Numbered from the stretch's first letter, positions 25,729 through 36,605 are shown. The stretch: 64,000 nucleotides of DNA from an uncultured Gemmatimonadales bacterium (GCA_963798915.1 CAWCVB010000006.1:1-64000), one strand, 5' to 3'. The notes: generated from the letters alone by a model not told the origin. A program made the numbers and translations.

Positions 25729-27702
25729 TCAGGGCGTTGCGCTGGCACTCCATGTGTCATTGGTGCGATTGATGTCGCCAAACCAGTCCTGGGTCCAGAG
25801 CCGCGCCCCCACCACCGGCTTGGGTGTCGTGACCTCGGCGTTGGCGGTATCGCCGAAATACCAGACATCGACCGGCAGTCGGACGACCTGGGTGGTGCTG
25901 TCGGCCAGCGTCAGCGTGACTTCCACGGGCATCACCTGGGATCCCACATTCCGGAGTGCCACGGTCACGTGGTTGACGTTGCCGGAATCGGTCTTCTGGG
26001 TGACGCCCGTGATGGCCTGATCCAGGCTGGCTGTCGAGAAGAACCATCCCCTCCAGAACCAGCTCAGGTCGCGCCCCGACATGTCTTCCATGGTCCGGAA
26101 GAAGTCGGCTGGCGTGGGATGCTTGAAGGCCCAGCGCCGGCTGTACTCGGCAAAGGCCTTGTCGAACACGTCCGGGCCGAGCACGTGATTGCGCAGCGCC
26201 AGCAGCGCGATGGACGGCTTGACGTAGGCAAGCTCGCCAAGATTGTTGTTGTTCCGGTACCGGTTGGCCGGGGTCATGATGGGCTGGGCGCTGTCGCTCT
26301 GGTCGAGGCGGAGCACGAACTGCTCCTCGCCGCCGCGCCGCCGCGAGTCATCCCGCTTGAAGTAATCTTCTTCCGAGAACGTATTGATGAAGGTATTGAA
26401 GCCCTCGTCCATCCAGGCGTACAGCCGCTCGTTGGAGCCCACGATCATGGGATACCACATGTGGCCGATCTCGTGGGTGACGACGCTGTACAGCCCCTCT
26501 CTGGACCGGCTGTGCGCCTCCATCGCCACCATCGGGTATTCCATGCCGGAGATCGGGCCCTCGATGGCGGAGATCTGCGGGTAGGGATACGGCAGCCAAC
26601 GGCGACTGTATTCCTGCAGGGTAAATGCCGACATCTTCGCGGCTTCATGCCAGAGGTCGGTGGCGCTTTGCCGGTAGTACGCAAAGGCGTAACGGCCATC
26701 GTAGCTCTGTCCGTCCCAGATGAAATCGGGCGACGCGGCCCAGGCGACGTCGCGGACATTCTTGGCGGAGAAGTGCCAGGTCAGCGTGCCGGATGACGTG
26801 GGCCGGGCCGAGCCGCTATCCAGTTCAGCCTGCGTCACGATGTGCAGGGTCGTGTCGCTGGTCTTGGCGGCGGCCATCCGGCGTCGCTCAGTCGCGGTCA
26901 GGACTTCGGCCGGATTGCTGACCAACCCGGTGCCAGCCACGATGAACCCGGCCGGCACGGTCACGGCATAATCGAAGTCGCCATATTCGAGATAGAACTC
27001 TCCCTGGCCCTGGTACTGGTCGGTATTCCAGCCGCGAATGTCGTCGTAGACAGCCAACCGCGGGTACCACTGTGCCAGCTCATAGAGGCTGCCGTCGCGG
27101 CCCATGCGGTCGGCGCCATGCTCCGGGATATTGAAGGCGAAGTCGAGCGAAATGACGGTGCTGGCTCCGGGCGCGAGGAGATTTGCCAGCTCCAGGTACA
27201 TCATCGTGTCATCGACCCGGCCGCTCAGGGGCTTGCCGGCCGGCGCCTTGCCCTTGGCGGGGGCAGGCCCTGACTGCATCAGGTTGCTCAGCTCGAAACC
27301 GCCGTTGAAGTTCGCGCCCCCGAAGCGGGAACCAGCCGGGAAGAGCAGGGAACCGGTGCTGCCGGGCTTGAACAGATTCTGGTCGAGCTGGAGGTACAGG
27401 TGCTGCAGCGCCATCGGCGAGTGATTCTGGTAGGTGATCTGCTCATGCCCGGTGAGGCGCTTGGCCGTGGTGTCGAGGGTGGCGGTGATGCGGTACGATA
27501 CTTTCTGCTGCCAGTACTCCGGTCCGGGCCGGCCATCCGCCGAGCGGATCTCGTTCGCCGGGCGCAGGGCCAGGTGAGCGAACATGCTGGTGTCCATGGC
27601 CGGCGGCCGGAGGGTTGGGGCTGCCGGTCGCGCCGGCGGCTGCTGCGCCGACAAGCCGCCGGCGAGACAGAGCAGTAGGCTCACAGATCGTAACGTGCGC
27701 AT
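25729..27702 (-). CDS. Secreted M1-family zinc metallopeptidase
   Basis: Signal peptide; GMEYP; HEIGH..WMDEGFN (HExxH-x18-E); YWQQ..Y.I.A.LD. Confidence 0.9.
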   Translation of the reverse strand: MRTLRSVSLLLCLAGGLSAQQPPARPAAPTLRPPAMDTSMFAHLALRPANEIRSADGRPGPEYWQQKVSYRITATLDTTAKRLTGHEQITYQNHSPMALQHLYLQLDQNLFKPGSTGSLLFPAGSRFGGANFNGGFELSNLMQSGPAPAKGKAPAGKPLSGRVDDTMMYLELANLLAPGASTVISLDFAFNIPEHGADRMGRDGSLYELAQWYPRLAVYDDIRGWNTDQYQGQGEFYLEYGDFDYAVTVPAGFIVAGTGLVSNPAEVLTATERRRMAAAKTSDTTLHIVTQAELDSGSARPTSSGTLTWHFSAKNVRDVAWAASPDFIWDGQSYDGRYAFAYYRQSATDLWHEAAKMSAFTLQEYSRRWLPYPYPQISAIEGPISGMEYPMVAMEAHSRSREGLYSVVTHEIGHMWYPMIVGSNERLYAWMDEGFNTFINTFSEEDYFKRDDSRRRGGEEQFVLRLDQSDSAQPIMTPANRYRNNNNLGELAYVKPSIALLALRNHVLGPDVFDKAFAEYSRRWAFKHPTPADFFRTMEDMSGRDLSWFWRGWFFSTASLDQAITGVTQKTDSGNVNHVTVALRNVGSQVMPVEVTLTLADSTTQVVRLPVDVWYFGDTANAEVTTPKPVVGARLWTQDWFGDINRTNDTWSASATP

Positions 27703-27749
27703 GCTTCCTTCCTGGATGGTCGCGTGCCCGGTCGCGCGAGCGAGAGAGC

Positions 27750-28328
27750 TCAGAGCCGGGGCAGGGTGACGCCCTGCTGTCCCTGATACTTGCCTTTCTT
27801 GTCCCGGTAACTGACTTCGCAGACGTCGTCATCATCCGCCTCGAAGAACAGGACCTGGCAGATGCCTTCGTTGGCGTAGATGCGAGCGGGGAGCGGAGTC
27901 GTATTGCTGATTTCGAGCGTCACATGCCCTTCCCACTCGGGCTCGAAGGGCGTCACGTTGGTGATGATGCCGCATCGGGCGTAGGTCGACTTGCCCACGC
28001 AAATGGTGAGCACGTTCCGGGGGATCCGGAAATATTCGACCGAGCGCGCCAGCGCAAAACTGTTGGGGGGGACGATGCAGGTGTCCCCCTCGAATTCCAC
28101 GAAGCTGCGTGCGTCAAATTCCTTCGGGTCCACCACCGCTGACAGGACGTTGGTAAAGATCTTGAATTCCGGTGCCACGCGCATGTCGTAGCCGTAGGAC
28201 GAGATGCCGTACGAGATCGCCCGCCGTCCCCGCGTGTCCGCGTCGCGAACCTGTTGTTCCTCGAACGGCTCGATCATCTGGTGCTCCAGGGCCATGCGGC
28301 GGATCCAGCGATCGGACTTGATGGACAT
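27750..28328 (-). CDS. dcd: dCTP deaminase
   Basis: [45 protein letters not shown]. Confidence 0.96.
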   Translation of the reverse strand: MSIKSDRWIRRMALEHQMIEPFEEQQVRDADTRGRRAISYGISSYGYDMRVAPEFKIFTNVLSAVVDPKEFDARSFVEFEGDTCIVPPNSFALARSVEYFRIPRNVLTICVGKSTYARCGIITNVTPFEPEWEGHVTLEISNTTPLPARIYANEGICQVLFFEADDDDVCEVSYRDKKGKYQGQQGVTLPRL

Positions 28329-28410
28329 CGGGTCCCTCGGCTCGGGTCGGATGGGCGGCGAGGCCGGAATATAGCCAGTCCCTTAAGGGTATGTGACGCC
28401 GGGGCTTGGG

Positions 28411-28439
28411 TTGAATCGGTCCGGGGGGCGGATTAGATT
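28411..28439 (+). promoter_or_regulatory. Sigma-70-type promoter of the nuo operon
   Basis: TTGAAT-N17-TAGATT. Confidence 0.5.
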
Positions 28440-28450
28440 CTGGAGGCTTC

Positions 28451-28468
28451 TTGTGAAAATTCTCACGA
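28451..28468. promoter_or_regulatory. Rex-like operator upstream of nuoA
   Basis: TTGTGAAAATTCTCACGA versus consensus TTGTGAA-N4-TTCACAA (2 mismatches), just downstream of the predicted start site. Confidence 0.6.
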
Positions 28469-28476
28469 ACGGGCCC

Positions 28477-28842
28477 ATGCTTCAGCCCTATATCCCCATC
28501 CTGCTGCTGCTCGCCTTTGTGATCGCCAATGCGATTCTCATGCTTGGCCTGTCACACCTCCTGTCGTGGTACCGGCCCACGAAGGTCAAGGCGGCGCCCT
28601 ATGAGTCCGGCATGCCGGTCCTGGGCAGCGCCCATGAGCGGTTCTCGATCAAGTTCTACCTGGTCGCAATGATGTTCATCATCTTCGACATCGAGACCGT
28701 CTTCATGATTCCCTGGGCGGTGGCCTTTCGGCAGCTCAAGGCCCTCTCGGGCGTGCTGATCCTGGAAATGCTGGTCTTCGTGCTGATCCTGGCGGTGGGC
28801 TACATCTATATATGGAAACGGGGGGCACTCGAATGGGATTGA
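28477..28842 (+). CDS. nuoA: NADH-quinone oxidoreductase subunit A
   Basis: [33 protein letters not shown]. Confidence 0.95.
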   Translation: MLQPYIPILLLLAFVIANAILMLGLSHLLSWYRPTKVKAAPYESGMPVLGSAHERFSIKFYLVAMMFIIFDIETVFMIPWAVAFRQLKALSGVLILEMLVFVLILAVGYIYIWKRGALEWD

Positions 28843-29450
28843 ATGATCCCGCCCGGGTGGACACCGGCACCACCATGTCCATGACGTCGCCCAACTGGGT
28901 GACGACCTCGCTCGATTTCCTGACCAACTGGGCTCGCGCCAATTCGCTGTGGCCCATGCCGTTCGGCACCGCCTGCTGCGCTATCGAATACATGGCGACC
29001 GCGGCCAGCCGGTTTGATCTTGCCCGGTTCGGCATGGAGCGCCAGAGCTTCTCGCCCCGGCAGGCCGATGTGCTGATCTGCGCCGGTCGGCTGCCCTTCA
29101 AGCTTGCGCCGGTGATCCGGCGCATCTGGGACCAGATGCCGCAACCCAAATGGGCCATCTCGATGGGTGCCTGCGCCTCCTCGGGCGGCATTTTCGACAA
29201 CTATTCCATGGTGCAGGGTATCGATACGATCATTCCGGTCGATGTGTACGTTCCAGGGTGCCCGCCTCGGCCGGAGGGGCTGCTGTACGGCATCCTGCTC
29301 CTGCAGAAGAAGATCAAGGGCGAGTCGGTGGCCGACCCCACGCTGCGCGACGAGCACCTGGTCGGGCCTGACGGGCTGTTCCTGCCGCCCGAGCGGATCG
29401 ACGAACTGTCGGAACCGTTCGGGAATTCGGTCTCCCAGACCCGGTCATGA
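28833..29450 (+). CDS. nuoB: NADH-quinone oxidoreductase subunit B
   Basis: [33 protein letters not shown]. Confidence 0.96.
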   Translation: MGLNDPARVDTGTTMSMTSPNWVTTSLDFLTNWARANSLWPMPFGTACCAIEYMATAASRFDLARFGMERQSFSPRQADVLICAGRLPFKLAPVIRRIWDQMPQPKWAISMGACASSGGIFDNYSMVQGIDTIIPVDVYVPGCPPRPEGLLYGILLLQKKIKGESVADPTLRDEHLVGPDGLFLPPERIDELSEPFGNSVSQTRS

Positions 29451-30073
29451 GCACCGCCGCCGCCGCGTCCCCGTCGGCCGCCGCCCTGCGTGCCCAGTTC
29501 GGCGACGGAGTCGAGCAGGTGGAAGTCTCCTGCGGGGACACCATCGTCTACGTTCAGCGCGAGCGAGCCCATGAGGTGCTGGCCTGGCTCAAGGACGCGC
29601 CCGACCAGCAGTTCGACTACCTCACCGACATCACCGCCGTTGACTACCGCGACCCCGAGCGTCCGCTCGAGGTGGTCTACCAGCTTCGTTCGCTGCGACG
29701 CCGGGCGGACTTGCGCATCAAGGCGGCGCTGCGTGACGAGCAGAACCTCGAGATCGCCACGGTCTGGGACCTCTGGAAGGGGGCAGACTGGCTGGAGCGC
29801 GAGGTGTTTGACATGTTCGGCGTGCGGTTCGTCGGCCACCCGGACCTCCGGCGCATCCTGATGTGGGAGACCTACGCCGAGGGCTATCCGCTCCGCAAGG
29901 ATTTTCCGCTTCGGGGCCACTTCAGCCGCGCGGAGCAGACTCGTCAGGCGCTGGCGGCCAATCCGGAAGCGCACTATTCCCTCGAAGAGCTGTCCATCGC
30001 CGAGGCCTACGACGACCTGCCCGAGGACATGCACGAGCGCCTGGATCGCGGCGAGCGGGGGTTCCTCAAGTGA
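29447..30073 (+). CDS. nuoC: NADH-quinone oxidoreductase subunit C
   Basis: [27 protein letters not shown]. Confidence 0.95.
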   Translation: MSTAAAASPSAAALRAQFGDGVEQVEVSCGDTIVYVQRERAHEVLAWLKDAPDQQFDYLTDITAVDYRDPERPLEVVYQLRSLRRRADLRIKAALRDEQNLEIATVWDLWKGADWLEREVFDMFGVRFVGHPDLRRILMWETYAEGYPLRKDFPLRGHFSRAEQTRQALAANPEAHYSLEELSIAEAYDDLPEDMHERLDRGERGFLK

Positions 30074-31356
30074 CCGACACGCGCACGGTGGAAATGTCGC
30101 TTTCCACCCCGGGGCTGGATTCCGAAGGCCGCGTCAGCCGGGTGGCGCTGGGCCTGGCCGGTCAGGGTGGTGGCTACGATGAGGATTTTGGCGCCGACCA
30201 CCTGCTGGTGAACATCGGCCCGCAGCACCCGGCCACGCACGGCGTGCTGCGCCTGGTGCTCGAGCTGGAGGGTGAGACGGTCAAGCGTTGCATCCCGCAC
30301 GTGGGCTATCTCCATTCCGGGTTCGAGAAGCTGGGCGAGTACCGGACGTACAATCAGATCATTCCGCTCACCGATCGCACCGATTATCTGGCTCCCATGG
30401 CCAACAACGTGGGCCTGGCCCTCGCGGCTGAAAAGCTGATGGGACTGGAAATCACGGAGCGGTGCCGAGTCCTGCGCGTCATCGCGTGCGAAATGAGCCG
30501 CGTCATATCGCACCTGGTCTGGCTGGGCACCACCGGCATTGACCTCGGCGCGTACACACCGTTCCTGTGGTCCTTCCAGGAGCGCGAGCGCATCTACAAC
30601 CTGCAGGAGGCCTGGACCGGGGCTCGGCTCACCACCAGCCTGACCCGGGTAGGCGGGCTCCTGGCCGACATCCCGGCCGGATGGGAAGACGGGCTCCGCG
30701 AGTTCTGCCGGACCTTTCCGGACACGCTCCGCGAAGTAGACACCATGTTCACCCGGAACGCCATCTGGTGCGGGCGCACCCAGGGCGTCGGCGTCCTGAC
30801 CTACGACGAAGCCATCAACTATTCGCTCAGCGGCCCAATGCTCCGCGCCAGCGGTGTGGATTACGACGTGCGCAAGGACCGGCCCTATCTGGGGTACGAT
30901 ACCTACGATTTCGACGTGCCGATCGGTGAGCACGGCGACATCTATGACCGCTACCGGGTGCGAATGGAAGAAATGGCGCAGTCGGTCCGGATCATGGAGC
31001 AGGCGCTCGACCGCCTCGAGCCCGGGCCGATCAACGTGGACGATCCCCGCGTGATCCTCCCGCCCAAGTCGCGCGCCATGGGTGACATGGAAGCGATGAT
31101 CTACCACTTCAAGCAGGTGATGGAAGGCGCCAAGCCGCCTCCGGGCGAGGCCTACATGGGCATCGAGAACCCGAAGGGCGAGCTGGGCTACTATCTCGTC
31201 TCGGATGGCACGGCCAAGCCGGTCCGCTGGCGCATCCGGCCACCGGCTTTCCTCAACCTTGCCGCGCTGCCAAAGATGTGCGAGGGCGCCTTGCTGGCCG
31301 ACGTGATCGCGATCAACGCCAGCGTGGACATCGTCATGGGAGAGGTGGACCGATGA
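30070..31356 (+). CDS. nuoD: NADH-quinone oxidoreductase subunit D
   Basis: NIGPQHPATHGVLRL, GYLHSGFEK, ENPKGELG, DIVMGEVDR; GTGA overlap. Confidence 0.96.
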   Translation: MTDTRTVEMSLSTPGLDSEGRVSRVALGLAGQGGGYDEDFGADHLLVNIGPQHPATHGVLRLVLELEGETVKRCIPHVGYLHSGFEKLGEYRTYNQIIPLTDRTDYLAPMANNVGLALAAEKLMGLEITERCRVLRVIACEMSRVISHLVWLGTTGIDLGAYTPFLWSFQERERIYNLQEAWTGARLTTSLTRVGGLLADIPAGWEDGLREFCRTFPDTLREVDTMFTRNAIWCGRTQGVGVLTYDEAINYSLSGPMLRASGVDYDVRKDRPYLGYDTYDFDVPIGEHGDIYDRYRVRMEEMAQSVRIMEQALDRLEPGPINVDDPRVILPPKSRAMGDMEAMIYHFKQVMEGAKPPPGEAYMGIENPKGELGYYLVSDGTAKPVRWRIRPPAFLNLAALPKMCEGALLADVIAINASVDIVMGEVDR

Positions 31357-31862
31357 GTGGTGCAGCTGCCCACGCCGAAGAAGCGTACGAGCCGGTCTTC
31401 ACCGGAGAAACCCTGGCCGCGCTGGAGCGTCGCTACGCCGAGTATCCCACACGGCAGGCGCTGCTGCTGCCGGCGCTGTGGGTGGTGCAGGAGAAACGCG
31501 GCTGGATCAGCGAGAAGGCCATCGGCGAAGTAGCCGCCGTGCTCGGGCTGACGCCGGCCCTCGTCAAGGGCGTCGTCACATTCTACACGATGTACCACAC
31601 CCATCCAGTCGGCAAGTATTTCATCCAGGTCTGCACCACATCCCCGTGCGGGTTGTGCGGCGCCGAAGAGACGCTCAAGGCACTGCTCCTGCACACCGGC
31701 TGCGGGGAGCTCGGCGCCACCAGCGCCGATGGTCGCTTCACGGTCATCGAAGTGGAGTGCCTCGGAGCCTGCGGCTTCGCGACGCCGGTCATGATCAACG
31801 AGGAGTTCGTGGAAAGCGTGACACCGGAGACGGTGCCGGCGCTGCTCGAGAGGTATCGCTGA
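31353..31862 (+). CDS. nuoE: NADH-quinone oxidoreductase subunit E
   Basis: VVTFYTMY, VCTTSPC, VECLGAC. Confidence 0.95.
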   Translation: MSGAAAHAEEAYEPVFTGETLAALERRYAEYPTRQALLLPALWVVQEKRGWISEKAIGEVAAVLGLTPALVKGVVTFYTMYHTHPVGKYFIQVCTTSPCGLCGAEETLKALLLHTGCGELGATSADGRFTVIEVECLGACGFATPVMINEEFVESVTPETVPALLERYR

Positions 31863-33175
31863 TGGGGTTCCCGCATCCGAGTCATCCCGGCGAAACAGTC
31901 GTCCTCTCCCGGTATTTTGGCGATGCCGAGGCACGGACCTATGACGGCTGGGTCAAGCGGGGCGGTTACGAGGCGCTGCGCAAGGCGCTTGGCATGCCGC
32001 GCGAGGCCATCATCGAGGAAGTGAAGGCGTCGGGACTGCGCGGCCGGGGCGGGGCAGGCTTTCCGACCGGGTTGAAGTGGAGCTTCATGCCCAAGGACGA
32101 CGGCAAGCCGCACTTCCTGGTGTGCAATGCCGATGAGTCCGAGCCAGGCACATTCAAGGACCGCGAGATTCTGCGGTGGACGCCGCACGCGCTCATTGAG
32201 GGCTGCGCCATCGGGGCCTACGCCATTGCCGCCGAGCGGTGCTACATCTATATCCGCGGCGAGTTCACCGAGCCCTGGGCCGTCATGGCTGCTGCGGTGG
32301 CCGAGGCCTACGCCAACGGCATCCTCGGCGAGAATGCGTGCGGAAGCGGGACACGAATCGATGTCACGCTGCATCGGGGCGCCGGCGCCTACATCTGCGG
32401 CGAAGAAACCGCGATGCTCAATTCGCTGGAAGGACGCCGTGGCAACCCCCGCATCAAGCCGCCCTTTCCCGCCCAGGCCGGCGCCTTCGGTCTGCCGACC
32501 ACAGTCAACAATGTCGAGACGCTGGCTGCCGTGCCGCACATTCTCACTCGGGGAGCCGCGTGGTACAAGGGCCTGTCGCTAGGCAATCCCAAGAGCACTG
32601 GGACCAAGCTGATGTCGGTCTGCGGCCACGTGAAGCGGCCCGGCAATTATGAGATCACCATGGGCACCCCCATGAAGGATCTCATCTACGACATGTGCGG
32701 CGGCATGCCCGAAGGGCGGAAGCTCAAGGCCGTCATTCCCGGGGGGTCGTCGGTTCCCATCCTGACCGCTGAGGAGGCGGAGCGCTGCGTCACCGACTAC
32801 GAAGGGGTGGTTGAGGCGGGTTCAATGCTGGGCTCGGGCGGCATGATCGTGATGGACGACAGCACCGACATGGTCTACCAGATCTGGCGGCTGGCGAAGT
32901 TCTACGCCCACGAGAGCTGCGCCCAGTGCACCCAGTGCCGTGAGGGCACCGGCTGGACCACGCGGATCCTCGCCCGCATCCTCGCTGGGGAGGGCAAGCC
33001 GTCCGATTACGACCTGCTGCTCGACCTGTCCCGGAACATGACCGGCACTACCATCTGCGTCCTCAGCGATTCATGCGCCGTGCCCATCGTGAGCGGCATC
33101 GAGAAATTCCGGGACGAATTCGAAGCCTATATCCGCCATGAGCGCGAGCCGGCGCTCGCGCTCGGGCCCGCGTGA
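31862..33175 (+). CDS. nuoF: NADH-quinone oxidoreductase subunit F
   Basis: SGLRGRGGAGFPTGLKW, NADESEPGTFKD, GAGAYICGEET, ESCAQCTQCREG. Confidence 0.96.
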   Translation: MGFPHPSHPGETVVLSRYFGDAEARTYDGWVKRGGYEALRKALGMPREAIIEEVKASGLRGRGGAGFPTGLKWSFMPKDDGKPHFLVCNADESEPGTFKDREILRWTPHALIEGCAIGAYAIAAERCYIYIRGEFTEPWAVMAAAVAEAYANGILGENACGSGTRIDVTLHRGAGAYICGEETAMLNSLEGRRGNPRIKPPFPAQAGAFGLPTTVNNVETLAAVPHILTRGAAWYKGLSLGNPKSTGTKLMSVCGHVKRPGNYEITMGTPMKDLIYDMCGGMPEGRKLKAVIPGGSSVPILTAEEAERCVTDYEGVVEAGSMLGSGGMIVMDDSTDMVYQIWRLAKFYAHESCAQCTQCREGTGWTTRILARILAGEGKPSDYDLLLDLSRNMTGTTICVLSDSCAVPIVSGIEKFRDEFEAYIRHEREPALALGPA

Positions 33176-33181
33176 GGTGAG

Positions 33182-34762
33182 ATGAGCCAGGACATGGTGA
33201 CCGTCACGATCGACGGCATCGCTGTCTCCGTGCCCAAGGGGACGACCATCATCGAGGCCGCCAAGCAGGCCGGCATCCTCGTACCGCATTACTGCTACCA
33301 CCCGTCGTTGCCCGCGCCGGCGGTCTGCCGCATGTGCCTGGTCGAGGTGGAAAAGGCGCCCAAGCTCATGCCGGCGTGCGTTACCACCGTGGCGGACGGC
33401 CAGGTGGTCCATGTCCAGAGCGAACGCGCACTGGAGCAGCGCAAGGGCGTGCTCGAGTTCCTGCTCATCAATCATCCGCTGGACTGTCCCATCTGCGACC
33501 AGTCCGGGGAATGCGAGCTGCAGGACTACACCTTTCAGGAGGGCCGGGCGGCGACGCGCTACACCGATTTCGCCAAGCGCTACAACCCGGTCGAAGATTT
33601 CGGGCCGGACATTGTCTACGTGCCCAACCGCTGCATTCTCTGCACCCGCTGCGTCCGGTTCATGGGCGACGTGGCCCAGCAGGCGACGCTCAACGTGAGC
33701 GAGCGGGGGGATCGCGCCTTTATCGGGATCGCCGAGCAGGAGCGCCTGGACCATCCGTGGAGCGGGAACGTGGTGGATCTCTGCCCGGTCGGCTCGCTGC
33801 TCTCCAAGGACTTCCTGCACAAGGCACGCGCGTGGGACCTCGACAAGACAGGCAGCGTCTGCCCCGGCTGCAGCCAGGGATGCAATATCACCATCGAGAT
33901 GCGCGACGATGCCGTGGTGCGCCTCAAGCCCCGGCCCAACATGGACGTGAACCGTCACTTCATGTGCGACCACGGCCGGCTCGACTATCGCTGGATGAAT
34001 CGCGGTGACCGGGTCGAGGCACCACTCATCCGTGCCGGCGCTGGTGCCACCGCGGCGGCCGACTGGGATCGGGCACTCGACGCCGCCGGCGATCTGATCC
34101 GGGTGGCGCACGGCCAGGCGGTGATCCTCGCCTCGGGCCGCGCCTCACTGGAGTCGCTCGGGATGGTTCGAAAGCTGGTGGAGCGGCTGGAGGTCACCGC
34201 AGCGGTCAAGGTGCCGCAGGGAGACGAAGCGCCCCTCGCTGGAATTCCGGGGCTCGCCCTGCGCCGGGAACGGGTACCCAACCTCGATGGCGCCCGGATG
34301 CTCGGCTTCACCGCGGCGTGGGATTCCGCCGTGGAAGCCGCGCGCACGGCATCGCTGGTCCTGGTGCTCGACGCCGAGCTGAGCGAGGCAGAAGCATCGG
34401 CCCTGGCCAGCGCGAGCGGGACCGTGATCGCTCTCTCGTGTGTGGTGGCAGACTGGCAGGGCGCGGCGGCGGTGGTGCTGCCGGTCACCACGATGGTCGA
34501 GGAGAGCGGCGTTTACGTGAACCGGGACCGCCGGGCGCAGCGCTTCCAGCAGGCCAAGGCCGCGCCGGCCATGGCCCGACCGGCCTGGTGGGCCGCGGGC
34601 GAGATCCTGGCCGGTCAGGGCCCCGACATCGACTCGCCGTCGTCGCCGGCCGAGGCGTTCGAGATCGTGGTGCATGGCCATCCGGAGCTGGATGGGCTCA
34701 CGCACGACGCGCTGGGGTGGGGCGGGCTGGTGGTGGGGCAGGGCGCGGAGGTGAGTGCGTGA
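33182..34762 (+). CDS. nuoG: NADH-quinone oxidoreductase subunit G (short, 526 aa)
   Basis: CYHP..CRMC, HPLDCPICDQSGEC, CILCTRC..CPVG, CPGCSQGC. Confidence 0.92.
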   Translation: MSQDMVTVTIDGIAVSVPKGTTIIEAAKQAGILVPHYCYHPSLPAPAVCRMCLVEVEKAPKLMPACVTTVADGQVVHVQSERALEQRKGVLEFLLINHPLDCPICDQSGECELQDYTFQEGRAATRYTDFAKRYNPVEDFGPDIVYVPNRCILCTRCVRFMGDVAQQATLNVSERGDRAFIGIAEQERLDHPWSGNVVDLCPVGSLLSKDFLHKARAWDLDKTGSVCPGCSQGCNITIEMRDDAVVRLKPRPNMDVNRHFMCDHGRLDYRWMNRGDRVEAPLIRAGAGATAAADWDRALDAAGDLIRVAHGQAVILASGRASLESLGMVRKLVERLEVTAAVKVPQGDEAPLAGIPGLALRRERVPNLDGARMLGFTAAWDSAVEAARTASLVLVLDAELSEAEASALASASGTVIALSCVVADWQGAAAVVLPVTTMVEESGVYVNRDRRAQRFQQAKAAPAMARPAWWAAGEILAGQGPDIDSPSSPAEAFEIVVHGHPELDGLTHDALGWGGLVVGQGAEVSA

Positions 34763-36087
34763 GCCCGGAAATGAAGGGTTTTCTGCTGTTCTCCGTGATC
34801 AAGCTGCTGGTGGTATTTACGGTCGTCCTGGTCGGCGTGGCGATGCTCACGCTGATGGAGCGCAAGGTCTCGGCCTGGATGCAGAACCGCCGCGGACCCA
34901 ACCGGGTCGGCTGGGCGGGGCTGCTGCAGCCGGCCGCCGACGGGCTGAAGAACATCCTCAAGGAAGAGACGCTGCCGGCGCGCTCGACCCGTGGCCTCTT
35001 CGTGCTGGCACCGGCGCTGTCGTTCATTCCCGCACTCATGCTCAGTGCCGTCATTCCCTTTGCGGCGCCACTCAGGCTCAATTTTGATGATCTGGGCGCC
35101 GCGCTGGCGGCGCACCTGCCGGTGATCGGCGGGCTGCTTGGTGCCATCGTGCACGGCCTGTTCGGTACCGTCGCCTATCATGGCGCGCTCCCGATGGTGG
35201 TGGCCGACGTGCCGGTGGGCTTCCTCTTTGTCATCTCGGTCAGCTCGATGGGCGTCTATGGGATTGCGCTGGCCGGCTGGGCATCCAACAGCAAGTACAG
35301 TCTCCTGGGCGGGCTGCGCGCCAGCGCACAGATGATCAGCTACGAAGTCGCCATGGGGATGAGTCTGATTCCCATCCTGCTCCTGAGCGGCAACGTCTCG
35401 TTCTCGGCAATCATTGCGGCGCAGCACACGCTCTGGTACATCCTCCCGCTGTTCTTCTCCTTTTTCCTGTTCCTGGTGTCCGGCTTTGCCGAGACCAACC
35501 GGTTGCCGTTCGACCTGCCCGAGGCGGAGTCGGAGCTCATCGCGGGATACCACACCGAATACAGCGCGATGAAATTCTCCATGTTCTTCATCGCCGAGTA
35601 TGCCAACGTCGTGACCATCAGCGCCATGGTGGCGACCCTGTTCTTCGGCGGCTGGGACGTGCCGTTCACGCACTGGGATGAATCGGGCACCGTGCTGGCC
35701 GTGCTGGCCAGCGGCGCCTGCTTCTTCCTCAAGACGTTCTTCTGGATCTTCTTCGTGATGTGGATCCGATGGACACTCCCGCGCTTCCGCTACGATCAGC
35801 TCATGGCCCTCGGCTGGAAGGTGATGCTGCCGCTGGCACTGGGCTACATCATGGTCACGGCCACCACCGTCTGGTTGCTGGAGTCGGTGCTTGGCCTCTC
35901 GAGCGAGCTGCTGCGCATGGGGCTCCTCACCGCCCTCAACCTGGTGATTGCCGTCTGGGTATTCCGGCTGCTGGATCGCGGGGCGATCATCTCGGGTTCT
36001 GACCAGCGGCGCTTTCGTCTGGAAGCGGAACGTGCCGCCGCAAACGCAACCTTTGTCGGGCGCAGTGAAGCGCCGGTGGCTGGCTGA
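34759..36087 (+). CDS. nuoH: NADH-quinone oxidoreductase subunit H
   Basis: ERKVSAWMQNRRGPNRVG, QPAADGLK, AETNRLPFDLPEAESEL, TLPRFRYDQLM. Confidence 0.96.
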   Translation: MSPEMKGFLLFSVIKLLVVFTVVLVGVAMLTLMERKVSAWMQNRRGPNRVGWAGLLQPAADGLKNILKEETLPARSTRGLFVLAPALSFIPALMLSAVIPFAAPLRLNFDDLGAALAAHLPVIGGLLGAIVHGLFGTVAYHGALPMVVADVPVGFLFVISVSSMGVYGIALAGWASNSKYSLLGGLRASAQMISYEVAMGMSLIPILLLSGNVSFSAIIAAQHTLWYILPLFFSFFLFLVSGFAETNRLPFDLPEAESELIAGYHTEYSAMKFSMFFIAEYANVVTISAMVATLFFGGWDVPFTHWDESGTVLAVLASGACFFLKTFFWIFFVMWIRWTLPRFRYDQLMALGWKVMLPLALGYIMVTATTVWLLESVLGLSSELLRMGLLTALNLVIAVWVFRLLDRGAIISGSDQRRFRLEAERAAANATFVGRSEAPVAG

Positions 36088-36605
36088 TGGCAATAGGCGT
36101 CAAGGTCATGAAGCGGCCCGAAGCGGAGGTCAGCTACATCCGGGCCACGCTCAAGGGCCTGCGACTCACCTTCCGGCACATGTTCGAGACCAAGGTGACG
36201 ATGCAGTACCCCGAGGAGAAGGCCACCCGCGACGAGCGGGGAGCATGGGCGCTCTCGGCACGCTGGCGGGGCACCCACCGCATGCTCACCGACGAGCAGG
36301 GACGCTCAAAATGCGTGGCCTGCGGCCTCTGCCCACAGATCTGCCCGGCGAATTGCATCAAGCTGGTGCCGGGCGAGGACGAGGCGGGGAACCGCTATCC
36401 GCTGATCTACGAGATTGACGAGTTCCGGTGCGTCTTCTGCGGGTATTGCCAGGAAGTCTGCCCCGAGGAGGCAATTCACGTCGGACAGCACTACGAGAAC
36501 TCGGAATACAGCAGAGGCCGGTTTGTGTACGACCTCGAGCGGCTGCACGCCCAGACCCACGCGGTCTCGACGCTCTGGGACCCGTCCGATCCGGCGGGGG
36601 AATAG
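36087..36605 (+). CDS. nuoI: NADH-quinone oxidoreductase subunit I
   Basis: TMQYPEE, CVACGLCPQICP, CVFCGYCQEVCP. Confidence 0.95.
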   Translation: MAIGVKVMKRPEAEVSYIRATLKGLRLTFRHMFETKVTMQYPEEKATRDERGAWALSARWRGTHRMLTDEQGRSKCVACGLCPQICPANCIKLVPGEDEAGNRYPLIYEIDEFRCVFCGYCQEVCPEEAIHVGQHYENSEYSRGRFVYDLERLHAQTHAVSTLWDPSDPAGE

